NCBI RefSeq assembly: GCF_009914755.1
Contig: NC_060937.1
Direction: 5' to 3' (one strand)
Origin: the human T2T-CHM13v2.0 reference genome, Homo sapiens
DNA length: 64,000 nucleotides
In this document: positions 59,473-64,000 of the stretch, one piece after another
Layout: the number at the start of each line of letters is the position of its first letter
How positions within the stretch are numbered: the first letter of the stretch is position 1
Notes under the pieces: model-generated
Database searches by the model: none
The model's input: the letters and a program-made list of their open reading frames with translations, nothing else
What the model was told of the DNA's origin: nothing
Made by a program: the position numbers and the translations under genes

Positions 59473-61184
59473 TTTAATTCAACTGACTTGTCTTTTTATT
59501 GACAAGGTGACTTTTAATCCTGTTTTCGATTCTTCTCTCAGTATGCTTTTATTAGAGGGAACATATTCTCTGTCTCTCTTCTTCTAACTCTGTCATTTTA
59601 ATTACTACATATTTTCAGTGCAAAAACCAAATACACTTTTAAACAATTATATGTGTTTAATCTCCACATTACCTGTCATTTATTTACTCAGCTGTGAAAT
59701 GGAGACAGTATATGCCTCCAAGGGTTACTGTGAAGACTCTCCAGGAAAATTACAAACATGTTCTAATCCTTTAGTGAATTGTCTTTTAGTCTTCTAGTTG
59801 GTGAAAATATATATTAGCTTTAAAAGATTTTTTTAAAATTTTATATACTAAAATAAATCTTGACTAAAGGGCTTTCATAAACTACAAGCACTTAGAAATG
59901 AACAAATGTTATCTGCTGCATATAATTTGCCAAATACCATCGTAATCCTGACTTATCAGTAGTACATGTTCAGTGTATTATGTACACTGATCATTTGTAG
60001 AGTAGAGAAATTCAAAGAAAATAAATATTTATAAGCCCCGGCTATATTATGATACAAATAATAAATTTCAATTATGTCTATAGTCATAAATTTTTGTGAT
60101 ATTTCTTCAATTCTAGGGAAAATTAATGGTTTTTCAGAAAACAACTAACTTAACCCAATTTCTCTAGAAAAATGAATATTTTATTCTGAGATTCACCTTG
60201 GAGGTATATTGGCTGGTGATGGTTGTTTTAATGGCAATATATTCTCACATAAAGCTTATCATATTCCCCACAGGCTATTTTTTCTCTGTGTTTTTGACTT
60301 TCAGAGAATATGAACAAAATTTATGAGAGTTTTTTACCTTATTGTGAGAAAATAATTCTTTATTTATAGAAAAAAAGGCACTTTAGATATTGGCAATACA
60401 GTGATGTACTGAGAAAGCAATTCAAGTGGCTCCATGAAACCTGTTTCATATCCTAGTCATTCTTTTTGTTCCCCCAGAACAAGATGATGTAAAGAATGAA
60501 TGAAGGAGGTATGACAATATTTATAGTGTCTGCTGTGAGGCAAGCATTTTAGCTGATGTTCAGAGTAGATCATCTCATTGTAAGCCTCACTCATCGAATC
60601 AATCAAATGAGTGGATATAATTCAACTTTTATTAATAAATGGGGGGTTTGGGGTTCAAAGAGGCATAAATAATGACGGCATGACCATGTGGCTTAGTTTA
60701 TTAAATGCGATATTTCACAACATAGAGAGTCCTGTTTTTTAAGTTTCTGGCACCAACATTTCAATTTCTCTACTTTTTAACAGCTATCTCATAAAGTGTA
60801 TAATGTGTTATCATTTAACTGTAGGCACCTACTTGGCAAACCAAACACCAAACTTTCAGGTAACTCACCTTCAAATGCCTTTTGGTGTTTGTTAACAGTT
60901 TTATTATAGTATATTAGTAACATTGTATATTTATATTGTGCTTAGAGTTTATATTCCACTTTCACAAAACTCTTTTCTTTCATATTTCTGCTAATTATTA
61001 TAGTAAGTTACTGCCATTTTATAGTGAGAAAACTAAGGTTCATGTAAGACACTGTAATTTATGCTGAACTCAGTTATTAACCTTTACCTTTCTGCCAAGA
61101 TGGAAGTAAGTTAATTTCTCACAGATACTAGCATGCTATTTTAAATATATACAATTATAACACATTAGCAATAGCATTCCAACA

Positions 61185-61410
61185 AAAATACATTTATTGA
61201 GCACATTTTATGTGCCAGACCATATGCAGTACTTCTATTATGCCTTTAATCTTCACAGTAATTCTGTAAGTTAAATCCCACTATTATATTCTCTATATGT
61301 TTCTTAATATTATACTCATTGATGAGGGTAAAGTGAACTCTCTCAAGATCCAGTAAGTAGCAGAACTCAGAGTCAAGAATAGCCTTTGAGTCTAGAACTT
61401 CCAAATTCAG
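61185..61410 (-). mobile_element. MIR SINE
   Basis: catttattgagcacattttatgtgccagac...tttaatcttcacag...aagtgaactctctcaagatccagtaagtagcagaactcagagtcaa. Confidence 0.6.
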
Positions 61411-64000
61411 AAATATCACACTATTTTGTTTCAAGTTTTATCATTTGGCCAGTAGACCAACAACTATTTAAATGAAAAACATAGTTTTTAATACTTATGT
61501 TTTCAGTGCCTAGCCTATTCCTTGGGTTTTAATAGGTTGTATTAAATGTTTTCAAAGAAAATAGTCTGTTATTATATATTTTTTAAGCCTTGCAATACAT
61601 TGAAATTGAATTGGTAATTAAGAATATAAAGTGCATGACATCTTATTGACCTGTTTAGTATATCCTACATGTTCAGAACAGTGCATCACATTTGACAGAT
61701 ATTCATTGAATAATCATTGAATGGTTGATCTTAATTTACTATAATAGGAAAAATATAAGGATGTAATATTGAGTAATATTGGATTGAGGCAGAAAGGGAA
61801 ACTAAAATTTGGAGAAGATAATTCAAAAGTTGGAGTAGAGAAATGAGAGATGTGAGCTGGAAAGTGCACACTCCAATAAACTCAAATTCTCATTCAGAGT
61901 TTTCAAAAAGCATTCAGTGAAGAGATCACAGGGGAGCACTCCACATGACAGAAACCATGCCATATAAACAGCCATCAAATGGGATGTTTTACTGAAAGAA
62001 AATAAGTTTTCAGTATTTATGGGTACTGAAAAAAATTGAACTTTAATATTTCACATTGACTATACAAAATACAGTCATTTTGTATTTGGCATACCTTCTG
62101 GGTACACCATATTTTCTTTACTTAAATCTCTTAATTGTGTTACCAAATTACTTTTCACAGATTTAAGGACTTTGAAAGAATTGGAAAATATGGCAAAAAT
62201 AGGCATGAAACATGGCAGAATTATAATAACATGTAAAATACCTAATTTTTCTTGGAAAAGTTGAGCTATGGGCTGTATAATATGTTTTGGGAAAATATTT
62301 GCTTCCAATTAATTTATCGGCCATGTCAAATAGGACAGGATACCTTCTTAATGTATAAAATTATCAAGTTGGAGTATATCATTTTCCCATGGTTTTGCCT
62401 CTGAAAAAACTATCAAGTGCTCCTTTTTTTGTAAGAGTGTTTAAAAATATTAAAACACACAGTGAAACTACAATTGCTTAAAATTATTTAACTATTAAAT
62501 ATTACTAAAGAAATCATGATGCTAAATTTAGGATACCCATCATAAGATGTGAAGTATAAAAACTGTACCATAAAAGAAAAAATAATCAAAATAGAGAATA
62601 AATAAACTACTAGCTATTTTTAAAAATAATTTGTATATTTTTTTGAAAAATTAAGTAAATTTTTTAAAAGAAGAAAAAAGCAGATTATTTTATGTAAAAA
62701 AGTCGACATTTGAAATACATTTTTTAAGCTATAATTACACATAGAAAAATACAGATTTAATATAAAGCAATATCTTTTTGTTATTAACTAAATTCAAATC
62801 ATATATTTTTATGTTTTAAATAATCTTGGTTGACTTTAAATCTCTATGATGATGCTAATATAAATATTGAAACACTTTATATATGTGTGTGTAACACAAT
62901 TGATATTAAAACAAAATTATAAAAGCATGATGTAATAGACACATCTAAACTTATTCCTGTACTCAGTTCATTATCATCTTCCTAAATATGAACTCTATTA
63001 GATTTATCTTATAACTAAAAAATATAGGGATACATATTCATTTTAATTCAATTAATCAGGTCATTTGACATTTCAAAAATAACATAGCTTCAGAATACAG
63101 AATATGCAGAGTATTTTCATATATATAAGAAAATACATATATATAATCATTAAAGCTGGGTGTTGTCTGTCTGATCGTAGCTAGTGGCTGAATTTTACTT
63201 TTTTTTTCCAAAAGAAATCAAAGAAATAAAAATATTTTGGGGCATGTCTGAGACATACTTAAGCCTTGGATGTAAGTTATAAGATAGTCATTTTTTTTGG
63301 AAACCAGTATTTGAACTCATTATGCAACACAATATCCAACAAGTAGTCTGAAAATGTGATTACATACCTGGGCAGTTCTGTAAAATACACTCATTTATTG
63401 AATTTCTACCACATGCTTATTACCATAATAAAATATTTCAACACTGAATGAGAGACATTTTCTATAGACAAAGATCTTAGTGGCAAGATATTAGTATAAA
63501 AGATAATTAAATTGCAGCTTAATGAATGTTATAAAAAGGAGGATAGAGGAAGTTTATGAAGGATACTGAGGCACAGATAAGTTAATTATCTTTATTTTTC
63601 CAAAAAACTTCAGTCATACTGAAGAAATAATACTAAATAATTATAAATCAAATGTGTTTCAATAGGAAAGCACATGATCTATATCTATAGTTGAAAGTTT
63701 TCAAAAGAATGCTAGAGGAAATATTGAAATGATAAAATCATTGTTTTTTATCTGCTCTCTTTTTCAAGTAACATTTAACAAATAATTTATATGTACATTG
63801 AGTGGAGAAAAGTGTGGATGCTCATAGCTTTGAGTAAATCAATCACAAACATTGATTTTTAATTAACCTGTCAGTCATTCACCAAAGGGATAATTTGTTT
63901 CATTTAACTTTAACATTTTACTTTCTGTTAATTAAATAATTTAGTAAAGCATAAAGTCTACAGAGATGAACAAAAATAGTGCTACATTTTATAGCAAAGT

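Overview
This is AT-rich primate (human or great ape) nuclear DNA that looks intergenic or deep intronic. I find no supportable host gene, RNA gene or CRISPR array. The only long ORF (22754-24571) is the C-terminal part of a dead LINE-1 ORF2. The window is a layered transposon record: nine Alus, a young 5'-truncated L1PA2/3 with a perfect 16-bp TSD, several older L1s, MaLR/ERV1/ERVL LTRs, a decayed ~6-kb ERVL provirus ending in an LTR33-like LTR, MER20, MER44A, MIR/L2 relics and microsatellites. The most interesting items are structural. (1) A ~2.8-kb AT-rich tract (1826-4630) is bounded by inverted arms that share an exact 24-bp non-simple core, and it holds a central hairpin array and two different VNTRs, resembling a palindromic AT-rich repeat. 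(2) An old L1 insertion with TSDs has its first ~230 nt of 5'UTR joined directly to late ORF2, a candidate spliced retrotransposed L1. (3) An L1MA has a twin-priming 5' inversion. (4) An L1 5'-end-only insert has a TSD inside an MLT2 LTR. (5) There is an unexplained ~115-bp diverged direct duplication. I see no evidence for a new protein-based system. Subfamily names come from recalled consensus sequences and need RepeatMasker/Dfam confirmation, and the boundaries of old elements are approximate.
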